A stretch of DNA of 64,000 nt from positions 124,001-188,000 of the forward strand of contig KV454014.1 of assembly GCA_001661245.1 (NCBI GenBank), given 5' to 3'. This document shows positions 11,801-22,319 of this stretch, piece after piece. This stretch comes from Pachysolen tannophilus NRRL Y-2460 (Eukaryota). Below the pieces are notes generated by a model. The model ran no database searches and was not told the origin of the DNA. It saw nothing but the letters and a program-made list of their open reading frames with translations. The translations under genes were made by a program, and so were the position numbers. How positions within the stretch are numbered: position 1 is the first letter of the stretch; each line of letters starts with the position of its first letter.

Positions 11801-11976
11801 GCCTTGCCAATAACATTGATAGCAAGTTAAACAATTTAATCGTTGATATCTTGTCTACTTTAAGAATCTACATTGGTCAAAAGAATTCCCATATTGAAAA
11901 TGAAAAAATCAAATACTACTTGGTCAACTCTTTTGTTACCCAAATTGTTGCCTTAAACTCTACATATCAGGAGTAG
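8824..11976 (+). CDS. SREBP-type bHLH transcription factor (Cph2/Sre1-like) with central hydrophobic segments
   Basis: Basic region SHNLIEKKYRTNIN has the SREBP-diagnostic Tyr, followed by KLNKATILSKATEYIKHLE. Q/N-rich N-terminus, two hydrophobic segments and a long C-terminal domain. Confidence 0.88.
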   Translation: MSLNFDDYDSILSSLSLGNNNNGNDQKQQVQLLQDQQMFFNQQDQLDLNNTSLFSNFNPATTIHLSDINPQFNNNNNNNNMGNTNFENDEGTLSSSTYNSLSPSNYSSGSSPDGMLFGNDNFQQQQMMVNDFNSYQNHQQSQQQQQQQQQQQQYDANINVDGLLSTDFNFDNSNTTNSSNSTNIRDGNVIAVPDLFNGVSLSDSTPSPESLRSSPLDTLSPKQQKSKRGRKVSVKNEPGSLSTTTSGSSVTTSGGVTKPGKKIKSSHNLIEKKYRTNINSKIIELRNCVPALRILISKKTNDSSSVEGDEFSNDYEGEGYSDDERKLDGLNPAKKLNKATILSKATEYIKHLEYKNQLLSRENEKLREIIVNSGSIQDPNVLQQGMMQLQFNGMGSQQQQQLQQQQVQRLQMQRQQAQQQQHQQQQQRQQASSSLTNNLLVGGLTCLVGASTLDDFGGSGNGGSFRRSLFSIPIFSFGSSQPSSVMFRPLLGLFKIFLVLGVMFYLVEPLFHKREKKKGQEESNSTFDELALDWESVINGFKVLQNPKEFLIKQFSITEVQASAPFLLSSPYGSSGRSLPSLYLSFIKLCVSPSTIHTLMFKTLYLRYISSKSIIGVSYILDKMAAVYWNRAKKFMDSSNETLDSSIKELLSGYEYREVFDMHSVYGKFVDLLKKQDQYNDEEIEEEDEEDDDIESEDEIILKHCTSPFEILVQLILTQYFQESLKSLVDLETLNKLLVENKSKEEEDSEEDSSTSTSSSTSTETDKAEIKEEVETLKNFIDELVSKSFKLSEKNIKFLTLKSLMEPTNENVSLLMSSVSSASKISSHNINVNSLVCCLIKNQLLYSEEEDKSKLLILLNRLSLPFKISHSSSASNIDLFSFASLYSMLNLLPKDFKQQKIGTQEEDSTETEHDDKSSSVSTVSTVSTDAHVSLEDEHRNVTSDSSSDDLDESSDEFDEESDEGISSGDSTVEEMSTVSSKKMRRSNARNSRSLANNIDSKLNNLIVDILSTLRIYIGQKNSHIENEKIKYYLVNSFVTQIVALNSTYQE

Positions 11977-12525
11977 ATTCCATTACCATAACTTTGTTTT
12001 ATCCGATTTTGAATTTGAATTTAATTTTGTTTTTATCTTTTAATACGGTATTATTTATATATATATATATATTAAGTTTATTATTATTATGGCTTGAGTA
12101 TTTTTTATTTTTAAGAAGTTGATTCAACTCATTCAAATGGTTGTTTTTTTTTTCTTTTCTGTTCTTTTCTTTTACTTTAACATCTTCAATAGTTTACTCT
12201 ATATTATTTATATCATCACTTTTTATTTAGTTGATTCATCATCATCATTTTAATTAATAGCTTTGTAAAATTATTTGGTATTATTCCTAGTCGTGTAATT
12301 GTATGCATCCTTTATCGGGAATCGGAATTGATCATTTTATAGCAAATACAAAAATATTATTAATAATTGGATTATTCTTTAATATAAATATATAGATATA
12401 TATATATTGGTTAGTTGGTTAGTTAGTTTGTGAATTAAAGAGATTTGTATATTAATAAAAAGAATTTTAAAAAAAAAGAGAAAGAAAAGGTTGTTTTTTG
12501 GTTGTTTTTTATATTATTATTGAAT

Positions 12526-13197
12526 ATGATTTCAAATAGGTTAATTACGAGATTACCAATTAAAAATTACACTTCAATACCAATTATGAAGATGAATATT
12601 ATTAATTTTGGTTTTAAATTTAGAAAATATTCAAAACCTGTTGATAATTCTTTTTTCATTCCAGTTTCTCCCAATGAAGCTAATAAATCAACATCTGAAC
12701 AAAATTTTAATATTAATTTATCACTTGATGCTTCTGATAAATCTTCTTCTGCGGCTGTATCTGCAATGATGATGCCATCTTTAGAATCTATATCAGATAA
12801 GATTAAAGTTGAAGATGAAGATAATTATAAGCAATTACCTGAAGATTCACTGTTTATTGAACAACATTATGATGAATTGAAAAAATTTAAAGAATTTTTA
12901 ATTAATACTTCAAATAAAAAAAATGTTACTTATTTTAAAGATTTTAGTTCAAGTGAATTATTAGAAAAATTGGATAAATTTATTGATAATTGTATTAAAC
13001 CAGATCATGAATTATTAAAACAAGGTAAAAAATCAGATAAAGATATGGATGGAGGAGAAAGAGAATTGGAATTTTTCCAAAAATTTAAATATAATTTAAA
13101 AATTACTTTAAGAATGAATGGTGGACATACTTTTATATTAGATGTATTGATGCAAAATAAAGAAGCATTTGATAATTTTGATAAAAATAAAAATTGA
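12526..13197 (+). CDS. FMP23: Mitochondrial Fmp23-like protein
   Basis: YKQLPEDSxFIEQHYDEL and LRMNGGHTFILDVLMQNKEAFD match Fmp23 as recalled. Basic presequence-like N-terminus from ATG 12526. Confidence 0.8.
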   Translation: MISNRLITRLPIKNYTSIPIMKMNIINFGFKFRKYSKPVDNSFFIPVSPNEANKSTSEQNFNINLSLDASDKSSSAAVSAMMMPSLESISDKIKVEDEDNYKQLPEDSLFIEQHYDELKKFKEFLINTSNKKNVTYFKDFSSSELLEKLDKFIDNCIKPDHELLKQGKKSDKDMDGGERELEFFQKFKYNLKITLRMNGGHTFILDVLMQNKEAFDNFDKNKN

Positions 13198-13672
13198 TTA
13201 TTGATCGTAAATCATTGATTGATCCCCATTAATTATTATCTATATATATATATATATATACTATATATATTTTATTTATTATTTATGGATTTATATATTT
13301 ATAATATTCTTTTTTAAATTGAAACTATTTGTGTATTGAATCATTATATCCATTAAATTGTATAATGAATTAAAATTATAAAAAAAAAATTTACTAAAAA
13401 TACCCACTTAAAACAGATAATCAAATTTAAAAAAAGAAAAAAAAAAATTATCAACCCTTTCCCTAATCAATAACAATTCAAATAGTTATCAATTAATCTA
13501 AAAGAATAAAAAAAAAAGAAAAAAAAAAGAAAAAAAAAAAAACTCCATCCTTAAAAACATAATTAAATTCAAAAAAATACAACTCAAAAACTTTTATAGT
13601 ACAAATTTAAAAAAAAAAAAAAATTCACTCTTCGCATTCACTTTTCAAATAAAAAAAAAATAAAAAAATCCA

Positions 13673-13895
13673 TTAAAAACCTAATTCTGGAAACTCGGAT
13701 GATTTAAATCTATTCAACTGATTGAATTGGTTAAACTGTTCCAATTGACTTTGGCTAAACTCATTACACTTGTCATTAGGAATATAAAACTTTTGCTCTT
13801 GTTGCTGTGGAACAAACTGTTGTTGTTGTTGTTGATGTTGTTGCTGCTGATGTTGCTGTGCTGCAAACTGTTGTTGTTGCTGCTGTTGCTGCTGC

Positions 13896-13927
<32 letters not shown>

Positions 13928-15796
13928 TTGTTGTTGAAGTTGCGGAAAAATAACGTTTCTGGTAATATGGTAAAATGCATCATCCAAGGGTACAAAATCA
14001 TCACTATCCTCTAAATGGACGCACTCTGGAGTCATTGGCCTTACCATTACATTTCTGTTTATATTCATATTATTGACATTCCCTGGAATAGCATTACCCA
14101 TATTTATAGGAACCGTTTGAAATTGTGTTGGTCTATAGTAAAAAGTATCAACAGAGTTAGTTTGGTCAAGTTGGGAATTTGGATACCTAAACTCTGGTGA
14201 TTGGCTAAATGAAATAGGTGAAAAAGGTTGTTGTTGTTGTTGTTGTTGTTGTTGCTGTTGTTGCTGTTGATTATTGTTAGTTATAGTTGTACTTGTAGTT
14301 GCACTTGAACTTGTACTTGCATTTACTGATGATTGTGGAGTGTTGGTTTCATTAATGTTATTACTCATCATAACAATTGGCGGTGGTGTTGGTAAAGAAA
14401 TAACATCCAATAATCTTGATCTTTTACCAGTTTTCTTTTTCCCTGTATTTTTACATTTATAACCAGAAGGTAAACTACTACATTTACCACTTTCAATATG
14501 AGTTTCAACCCAAACTTCATTATTTGGGAAACTTAACCCACATAATCCACACCATCCAACCATTCCTGTTCTATCAGCAGATTTTATTCCTTGAGGATAT
14601 TTAAAATGTCTTGATTTTAAATGAGTCTTATAAGTATCTCTTCTTGAAAATCCGCCTGTTGCATGACACCTATGTTGAGATAATGGGTCATAAAATGGAC
14701 AACAATATGCTTTTGAAGAAGAATGCTTCTTTACATGACGTGTTAAATACCCTCTTATACGGAACGTTGAAGGACAATAAGGACATGTATAATTTTTCAA
14801 GTTTTTTTTATTTTTCTTTGCTGCACCATTATTACCACCAAAAGAACCAACGGCTTCCATGTCAACTTCCAGTTCCGACTCTCCATCTTCATCTTCTTCA
14901 TCTTCTTCTTCTTCTTCATCGACATCGAGATCGACATCAACATCTTCATCGTCAATGACATCCCTGTCATCATTCTCGCCATTTAAAATCTCTGTATATG
15001 CTGACGACGATTGGGATTTCAGTGAAGATTGTGGGGATAATTCAATTAACTTGTCTGGGGATAATGTATTAGCAGGCGATGCCAACTGTTCCTTCTTTAC
15101 CAGGATCCCAGCACCATTTCCACAATTTGTAGTAGTAGTAGTAGTAGTATTAGTAGCTGAAGTAGGAGCACCAGAAGTATTAGGAGCTACTGCTGCTGCT
15201 GCTGAAGCTGCTGAAGCTGAAACTTTTCCCAAAATCGCGGTGCTATTATAATCATTTGCACTGGTATACGTCTCTGAGACAGGTGAGAAATTTGTAATTG
15301 CATTTGTGTTATTATTATTATCATTATTATCATTATTATTATTATTATTAATTTCTTCCACAAACCTCCATTCAATTTCACCATTATTATTCTTTACAGG
15401 TACCAATTTTGTTCCTAAAGAAGTTGAACAAAACTTTAAATCCTTTGAATTACAATCCTCGAAATCAAACCGATTAGGAAATAAATCTTTAGCAATACGA
15501 GAACAATTACTATCACTAATACAATCATTTATTCCATCTTTTTCATTAATATCAATATTATTTTCACCATTTTTAAAAAAATTAAACCCCTTCCCATCAT
15601 TTCCATTAGTCTTTGCCTTGTTAAACTTTAAACCAGGTCTTAAATAAAGTAATAAAAACCCAGCAATATTCAATACCGCGCTTATATAAAAAACAATACA
15701 TTGAAAAATAAAACTTCTTTGAATAAAACTCGATACCCATATGGCAATCCGAGTTGATCCTTGACTTGATGTCAAGTTAATATCTGATGAAATCAT
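13673..15796 (-). CDS. STP2: Stp1/Stp2-family C2H2 zinc-finger transcription factor (SPS amino-acid sensing)
   Basis: CPYCPSTFRIRGYLTRHVKKH...CHATGGFSRRDTYKTHLKSRH...CGLCG...HIESGKC gives three Stp-type fingers. N-terminal DLFP motif and poly-Q/H tracts. First ATG 15796. Stp1 vs Stp2 orthology is not resolved. Confidence 0.85.
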
Positions 15797-16632
15797 ATAA
15801 ATTATTAAGCGCCAATACAAAAAAATGAAAAAAAATTAAACAAACAAAAAAAAAAATATAAAAAAAAAAAAAGAGAGATTAAATCAATTAAATTAATCAA
15901 TCAATCAATCAATCAATTAAATAATCTTTATTCTTAATTAAAGCAAAAGAAGCAAATTAAATCAATATCAATTTTTTTTTATAAAAAAAAAAAATTTATA
16001 TTAAAAAAACCATATAATAATAATTATAATATTAAAATTTTAAAATCACTTGATTAAAAAAAGAGAAAATTGATATTTTTTATTTATTATTATTACTATT
16101 TAATTACTATTAAAAACTACCTTTGTTGTAAAATTGTTTTTTTGTTCCTTTTTTTTTGGTTATTTTTGGGAAAAAATTTTTTTTTTTTTTTCTTTTTTCT
16201 TTTTGTGGTTGTTAAATTTTTTTTTTTTTTAATGCCGCGAGAAATAAAATAAAATAAAAAAAAAAAAAATTTAATAAAAATTAAAAGGGACAATATAAAA
16301 ACGTTTTGTTTAAGCATAAGGTTACAGAGACTGCGCTGATTGTTGTATAGAAAGCGCTGTATTAAGCGTTGCGCATTTACTTTTTTACAGTGGTAAGCAG
16401 TAGCGTGCGCATGAGAGGGACTTATGCGCGTACCGCGTTTGTATAAGCCACCTGCGCTGCTCATGTGCATTTATATGCGCACTCTTTTTCTTATCTTTTT
16501 TATCTTTTAGCAATTTCTACTACTATAATTAATACTAGACTACTTACATAGTAATTGAATATTATTAATATTATATACTTGAAATATATAAAAAGTTTTT
16601 CTTTTTTCTTTTTCTTTTTCTTTTTCTTTTTG

Positions 16633-18147
16633 TTAGACATTACGTAACTCGATATTATCTCCCAGATCATCTAGTCTATCATATTGAAATTCTTTTTTTT
16701 CTCCTGAAGATAAACTTTCTTCATATCTATGATAATTATACCAAAAAATATCCAATAATGTTACTAATAATCCAATACAATTAATAAGATTTAAACGATC
16801 TCCAAATATAAAACTTGATATTGTTATTGTTAATAATTCTTTAAAAATTCCTGAAATTGAAAGTGTTAAAAGATTTGCATGTTGTAAAAGTGTAAATTCA
16901 CTAAGAGTCATTAAAAACAGTAAAATTCCAGGTATAATTATTAAAATAATTGTTGTTAAAATACCTTTTTCTAACCATATTTTAGAATTTAAAAAATTTT
17001 GGAAACCTTCAATAAAAGTTCCAACAATTAAAAGTGTTAAAAACATTGATGGTGAAAGATAAAAAATTGTTAAAATTGGATTTTTAGTATAAATATTTTT
17101 TTTTAATAAAATTTGTGTTAATGCCCATCTTAATCCAGACATACATGAAGAAAATAAAACTAATAAACATCCAAAAAAAATTTTTGCAGCAATAATTCTA
17201 TTTTGTAAATCAATTTCAGATTTTTGTTCATCATCATTAGTTAAATTATTTGTAATTGAAGTATCATTTTTTTGTTGACCCCAAACCATCATTATAACAC
17301 CAATTGTCATAATGAAAACAATACTTAATAATCTACCACTCATTTTTTCTAATTTAAAAACAATCCCCCATAATAAAACAAATACAATTGATGAAGATTT
17401 TACCATAGTATATAATGATAATGTAATAAATTTAAAAGAAAAATTTCCAAACCCAATATCAGCAGCAGATGAAAGAGAACATGGGAAAATTTGTAACATA
17501 TAAGTTTTAAATCCAATTAAATAACTTCTAGTTGTTGGTATCAACGGCACTTGATTTAAATCCAATATTTCATCTTCAACAATCGATTCCAATTCTTTTG
17601 TATTATTCCCAACCCCATTAATACCTCCTAAATTTATATCATTCATATTTTCATCAATATTATCTACTATAGGATAATTACAACAACTACTATTTCCCTG
17701 TTGTTGTCCTTCTCCAATTTTTATTAATTGTTTCTTATTTAATCTAAAAGTTGGAGAAGCTAATAAACATGCTCCACTAAGTAAAAATAAAATTAATTGA
17801 TGGAAACTTGTTATTATTATTGGAAATGAAAATTGTAAATTTGGATTAAACATCCATTTATTATATAAAGATATACTTATTGAAAAAATATACCAAAATA
17901 TAATTGAAATTATAATCGTTATAGTATTTGAATTAGAAGAATTTAAATTTGATTTCAAATTAGAATTAATAAATGAACTTTTTACCAGTGTTAACCCACC
18001 AATAGATTTACCATTATTATTATTATTATTATTATTACCACCACCACCACCACCACCATCAACAACTTGTGAAATCTTTCTATGAACCATATTTATACTA
18101 TCAATTGTAAAATTCTTATTCCCAATCGCTTGTCTACCACTAGACAT
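16633..18147 (-). CDS. YMD8: Nucleotide-sugar/triose-phosphate transporter family (Ymd8/SLC35C2-like)
   Basis: WYIFSISISLYNKWMF, FPIIITSFHQ, ADIGFGNFS, YTMVKSS, SGLRWALTQILL and SISGIFKE, with about 10 TM segments. Confidence 0.85.
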   Translation of the reverse strand: MSSGRQAIGNKNFTIDSINMVHRKISQVVDGGGGGGGNNNNNNNNGKSIGGLTLVKSSFINSNLKSNLNSSNSNTITIIISIIFWYIFSISISLYNKWMFNPNLQFSFPIIITSFHQLILFLLSGACLLASPTFRLNKKQLIKIGEGQQQGNSSCCNYPIVDNIDENMNDINLGGINGVGNNTKELESIVEDEILDLNQVPLIPTTRSYLIGFKTYMLQIFPCSLSSAADIGFGNFSFKFITLSLYTMVKSSSIVFVLLWGIVFKLEKMSGRLLSIVFIMTIGVIMMVWGQQKNDTSITNNLTNDDEQKSEIDLQNRIIAAKIFFGCLLVLFSSCMSGLRWALTQILLKKNIYTKNPILTIFYLSPSMFLTLLIVGTFIEGFQNFLNSKIWLEKGILTTIILIIIPGILLFLMTLSEFTLLQHANLLTLSISGIFKELLTITISSFIFGDRLNLINCIGLLVTLLDIFWYNYHRYEESLSSGEKKEFQYDRLDDLGDNIELRNV

Positions 18148-19126
18148 TATACGGTTAATAAAATTTCACTTTATTGAGAGATAAAGAACCAAAAAAAAAA
18201 ATAAATTTAAAAAAAAAAAAAATAGATAAATACTATTTATTAGATTAACCTCGCCTTGCTTATATTTCAAATCCTTCTTCATGCATTGCAAAAAACACAC
18301 ACTGAAAAAAATCTTATTGTGTTTTAAATAGAGACAAAAATCTTTAATACTACTAAAAAAAAGGGTCATATAAAGAACCAATTTCAAATGGACCACTACA
18401 CGACCCATTTTTTTAATTTTTTGATTTTTGTTGATCTCTAATACACTACCCACAAATTACCAAATTTTTTAATTTTTTTTTTATGATGACGCAGTTGTTA
18501 CAAGTCCGGTCATATTACCCTTTTTAGATGTCGTGCATGGCATATCATCCCCTCTTATATTCTTTTTTAATTTTTTTAATTTTAATTTTTTATTGTTATG
18601 TCTCAAAAATCTTAAACGTTGTTGTCATTGTTGTTCATGCACTACGTATTCGGAAAAATTTTTTAAAATTTTTGCTTAAAAAAAAAAATATAAATAGCCA
18701 ATAATACCAATAAATTAGCCATGTAAATAATACCCGAAATTCTTACGTACATACATATATATATAAATATATATATATAAATTTAAATTTTATAAATATG
18801 TATCTTTAATATAAAAATATATATTATTATTGATTGTTGAAGAGTAGTTTATCAACTTTCTTTCTTTCTTTTTCATTTGGGGTGGTTTTTTGTTTTCTTT
18901 TAGATTTATTTGGATCTTCAGCCGTTCTGTTTTATTACCCCACTTTTCGTGCTTGTACTTTTTTTTTTTCCCGTTGTAATAATCATCATCATCATTATTA
19001 TTGTTAATACTAATAATAGCTTTAGTCTTTTTTTCTATTATTTAAAGTTTTTTTTNTTTTTTTTTTTTTCAATTGCATCATCTGGTCATAAATATTGTAT
19101 TGTTATAGAAAAATATACCATGAATA

Positions 19127-21082
19127 ATGAACAAACTAAAGATTTTACAACTGTTATTATTATGCACACTACTATTGATTTTCCATAGCGGCTCAAGTCC
19201 GAGCTTGATTATACTATTTGGAGTTGAAGCTACAACTTTCAATAGTTCTTCATTTCCAATAATGTTATTCAACAATTATCATAATAGGGTGTATACTGCG
19301 AATCTTTCAATTGGAGTTGCTCTGCAAGATGTTCGATTAAGGTTGGATATTTTACAAAGTGATTTATGGGTAATGGATGCAGATTATTTTGACGATTGTG
19401 CAGATATTGATCAAAATGGAGGGAAAGAAGAAATTTCTTCTACATCAACAACAGCTTCTGTGGATGAAAGTAGTAGTACGAGTGTAACTAGTACAGCAAG
19501 TTCTTATTATTCTAGTGCATCTGCTTCTGGAAATAGTTCTTATGAAGAAAATTCTTGTCTGCTGTATGGTGTTTATTATCTGAACGATTCCGAAACATCA
19601 TCTTCAGCTTTATCACTGTATTCACTGGTTGATTTGAATTATATCGATGTTATTGGTTATTACGTGAAAGATGATGTTCAATTTGAAAATTTTAATGGAG
19701 ATGTATTAATGAATTTATCTTCAACTATCTTTGTTAGTGCTAATTATTCAAATGTTGAAGTTGGAGGACTTGGTCTTGCAGCAACATATTCTTCAAATTC
19801 AGGTTTTTTAAATTCACTTATAAATAATAATGTCATCAATTCATCTCTGTATTCGTTGTATTTAGGAGGTTCTAATGCAGAATATGGAGAATTGATCTTG
19901 GGAGCAATAGATCCTTCTAAATATATTGGAGATTTGGTGGAATTTGATTTCATTCCTTTGGATGATTTAACTATAAATGAAGTTACTAATGATTTACCAA
20001 TTGTCCCACTTACTGGAATGTCAGTTATGTCAATCTCTACTGATGAATCTTATTATATTTCTTCTTCAGAAAATGTTACTGCTTACCCTGCAGCTTTAGA
20101 TACTAGAACTTATTATAATTATATCCCAAATGATATGTTGATCGAATTGGCTGTTCAATTAAATTCTTATTATATTGAAACTTCTCAAAGATGGGTTGTC
20201 GAATGTGATATTGCAAGTTTAAATGCAACTATTGATTTCAAATTTGGAAATTTATCTATAAGTGTTAAATTGGATGAATTGATTTATTATGCCTATGATA
20301 CAAATGGAACAGCATTGGTTTTTGAAACTACTGGGTCTCGTGCTTGTTTCTTGGCATTTTTACCAAGTGATTTTGAAGGTTTTGTTTTACTAGGAACACC
20401 TTTCTTAAGATCAATTTATCTAGCGGTAGATAATGAGGGTAAGAAATTAGCAATGGCACAGGCAAATTTAGGTAAATATGAAGCCATATACAGTGAACTC
20501 AATCCTGGGACAACATTAACCTCGAAAAGTGAATCCGCAGTAACCCTGATCACTTCTTATTTGTTATACGAAACAACTTCAGGGAGTTCCGAAACTACAA
20601 CCACAACTACTTCATCATCATCATCTTCATCTTCTTCTTCTTCTTCATCATCCAAGTCCTCTTCATCCAAGTCCTCCTCGTCATCTTCTGGTTCTTCTTC
20701 CACTTCGGAATCCGATGCAGATAGCACAACTATAGATACTTCATATTCTCTAGAAACAGGAGCATTAGAAGCAATCAGCTCAGATTATATACCATATGCC
20801 GTAACAAATAACATCACAGCATATGACGAGTTAACATTAACCAGATCCACAACTTCTCCATCGGGTTCAGCAAACCCTGAAGAAACTGCAATCGTTTCAG
20901 ACGGTGAAATTTATTTTACTTCACCACAAACCACAGGGACTACTACATCAGGCACCTCTTCTTCAAGTTCTAATGGAGGGAAAAGCATAAAATTCATGTT
21001 TAATACCAATGATCTTAGTGCTCATTTTACAATCTTAGGATGGATTTTCATCGTTACAATTGGCATATTAGTTCTCCTTTGA
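19127..21082 (+). CDS. YPS7: Yapsin-like (Yps7-type) aspartyl protease homologue, predicted GPI-anchored
   Basis: Signal peptide; YTANLSIG, LDILQSDLWV, AYSLYL (with CTG=Ala), GELILGAIDPSKYIG, LDTRT and LLGTPFLRSIY. Ser/Thr stalk and hydrophobic C-terminal tail. Confidence 0.8.
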   Translation: MNKLKILQLLLLCTLLLIFHSGSSPSLIILFGVEATTFNSSSFPIMLFNNYHNRVYTANLSIGVALQDVRLRLDILQSDLWVMDADYFDDCADIDQNGGKEEISSTSTTASVDESSSTSVTSTASSYYSSASASGNSSYEENSCLLYGVYYLNDSETSSSALSLYSLVDLNYIDVIGYYVKDDVQFENFNGDVLMNLSSTIFVSANYSNVEVGGLGLAATYSSNSGFLNSLINNNVINSSLYSLYLGGSNAEYGELILGAIDPSKYIGDLVEFDFIPLDDLTINEVTNDLPIVPLTGMSVMSISTDESYYISSSENVTAYPAALDTRTYYNYIPNDMLIELAVQLNSYYIETSQRWVVECDIASLNATIDFKFGNLSISVKLDELIYYAYDTNGTALVFETTGSRACFLAFLPSDFEGFVLLGTPFLRSIYLAVDNEGKKLAMAQANLGKYEAIYSELNPGTTLTSKSESAVTLITSYLLYETTSGSSETTTTTTSSSSSSSSSSSSSSKSSSSKSSSSSSGSSSTSESDADSTTIDTSYSLETGALEAISSDYIPYAVTNNITAYDELTLTRSTTSPSGSANPEETAIVSDGEIYFTSPQTTGTTTSGTSSSSSNGGKSIKFMFNTNDLSAHFTILGWIFIVTIGILVLL

Positions 21083-22319
21083 ACATTATTCAAAAAAAAG
21101 CGAAAAAGTTACAAAGTTTTTTTTATTTTTTCTGTTTTTGTTTGTCATTGTCATTGTCATTGTCATTTTCTATTAGATCTTTTTAAAATACACAATTTAT
21201 ATAATTTCCTTTTTCTTTTCAAGTATTTTCATACATTTGGTCATTTTAGATATTTTTTTGCCAGCCAATTGTCTTTTATCTTTTTTCTTATTTTTTTTTT
21301 TAGCTACAGGGTAGCTAGCTAGCTGTATTGATCCTAATATATAATTTTTATAAATTTGAAAAACTAATCAAATACTTGGGTATTCCAACATTAAAAGAAG
21401 AGATTTATCCAATTCACAAACAATTTTAATCAATTTAATCAATTTTATTATTTCAATCTATTTCACATCTTTCTTACTCTATGCATAAATAGACATTTCA
21501 AAATTGTAAATCTATAGTGAAAAAAAATGTTTAATACCGTTATTATTTAACCAACCATTAAGGGACAAAGTGAAAAAAATAACATACAGATTTAATTATC
21601 ATCTCTTTATCTCTTTTGATAAAAATTCTGCCTCTCAGTCTCCGATTATCTGGTTTATTCCCCAACCATATTCACCAATATATTCTATACTATTCTCTTG
21701 ACTTTGATTCTCGTTTAAAAATTTTTTTTTCATCTAAATTTTTCACGGTATTAAACATTTCGATGTCCTCGGAGTTTATTTTTTTTTTCAACTAAGAAGA
21801 AATATACCAAAAGTATTGATCATTTAAACTTGTTTTCCAGACGAATTGAATGATATGATGAAGAAAACTGGTGGAAATTTTTGGAATTTTTGAAATTGAA
21901 TTGAATTCAATTATTCGGTTAATAGTTAAGTATTAAAATTGTTGAACATTTTTCATTTTCCATTTTCCATTTTTCCATTTTGTTATCTTTTGTTCATTAA
22001 AAGAACCTTTTCAATTAGATCTTTTCCTTGAATTCCTATTTTTTTTTGAAAAGATGAAAAAATATTCTTGCAGAAAGTTCAAGTTATACTAAATTCATTT
22101 TGAGCTAATAGTAAGTAATAGTAACTAACTAGGTTACTAAGATAGAAACTGTACAGTAATTAAGGTGAAAAAAGTTAAAAACAAGAAACTAAAAAAAGAA
22201 ACAGGTTTCCTAATAGCCAATACAATTTTCTTTTTTCTTTTTAGATGAAATGTATTCACAATCAATGTCTCTGTTATACTATTATGTACAAACTTAATGG
22301 AATAAAATTTTGACTATCA

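Noticed and set aside
21100..22300. Possible snoRNA or small gene between YPS7-like and RAD9 (ATGATGA near 21855)
   Set aside because: No convincing box D/terminal stem or ORF; cannot be supported without an Rfam search.
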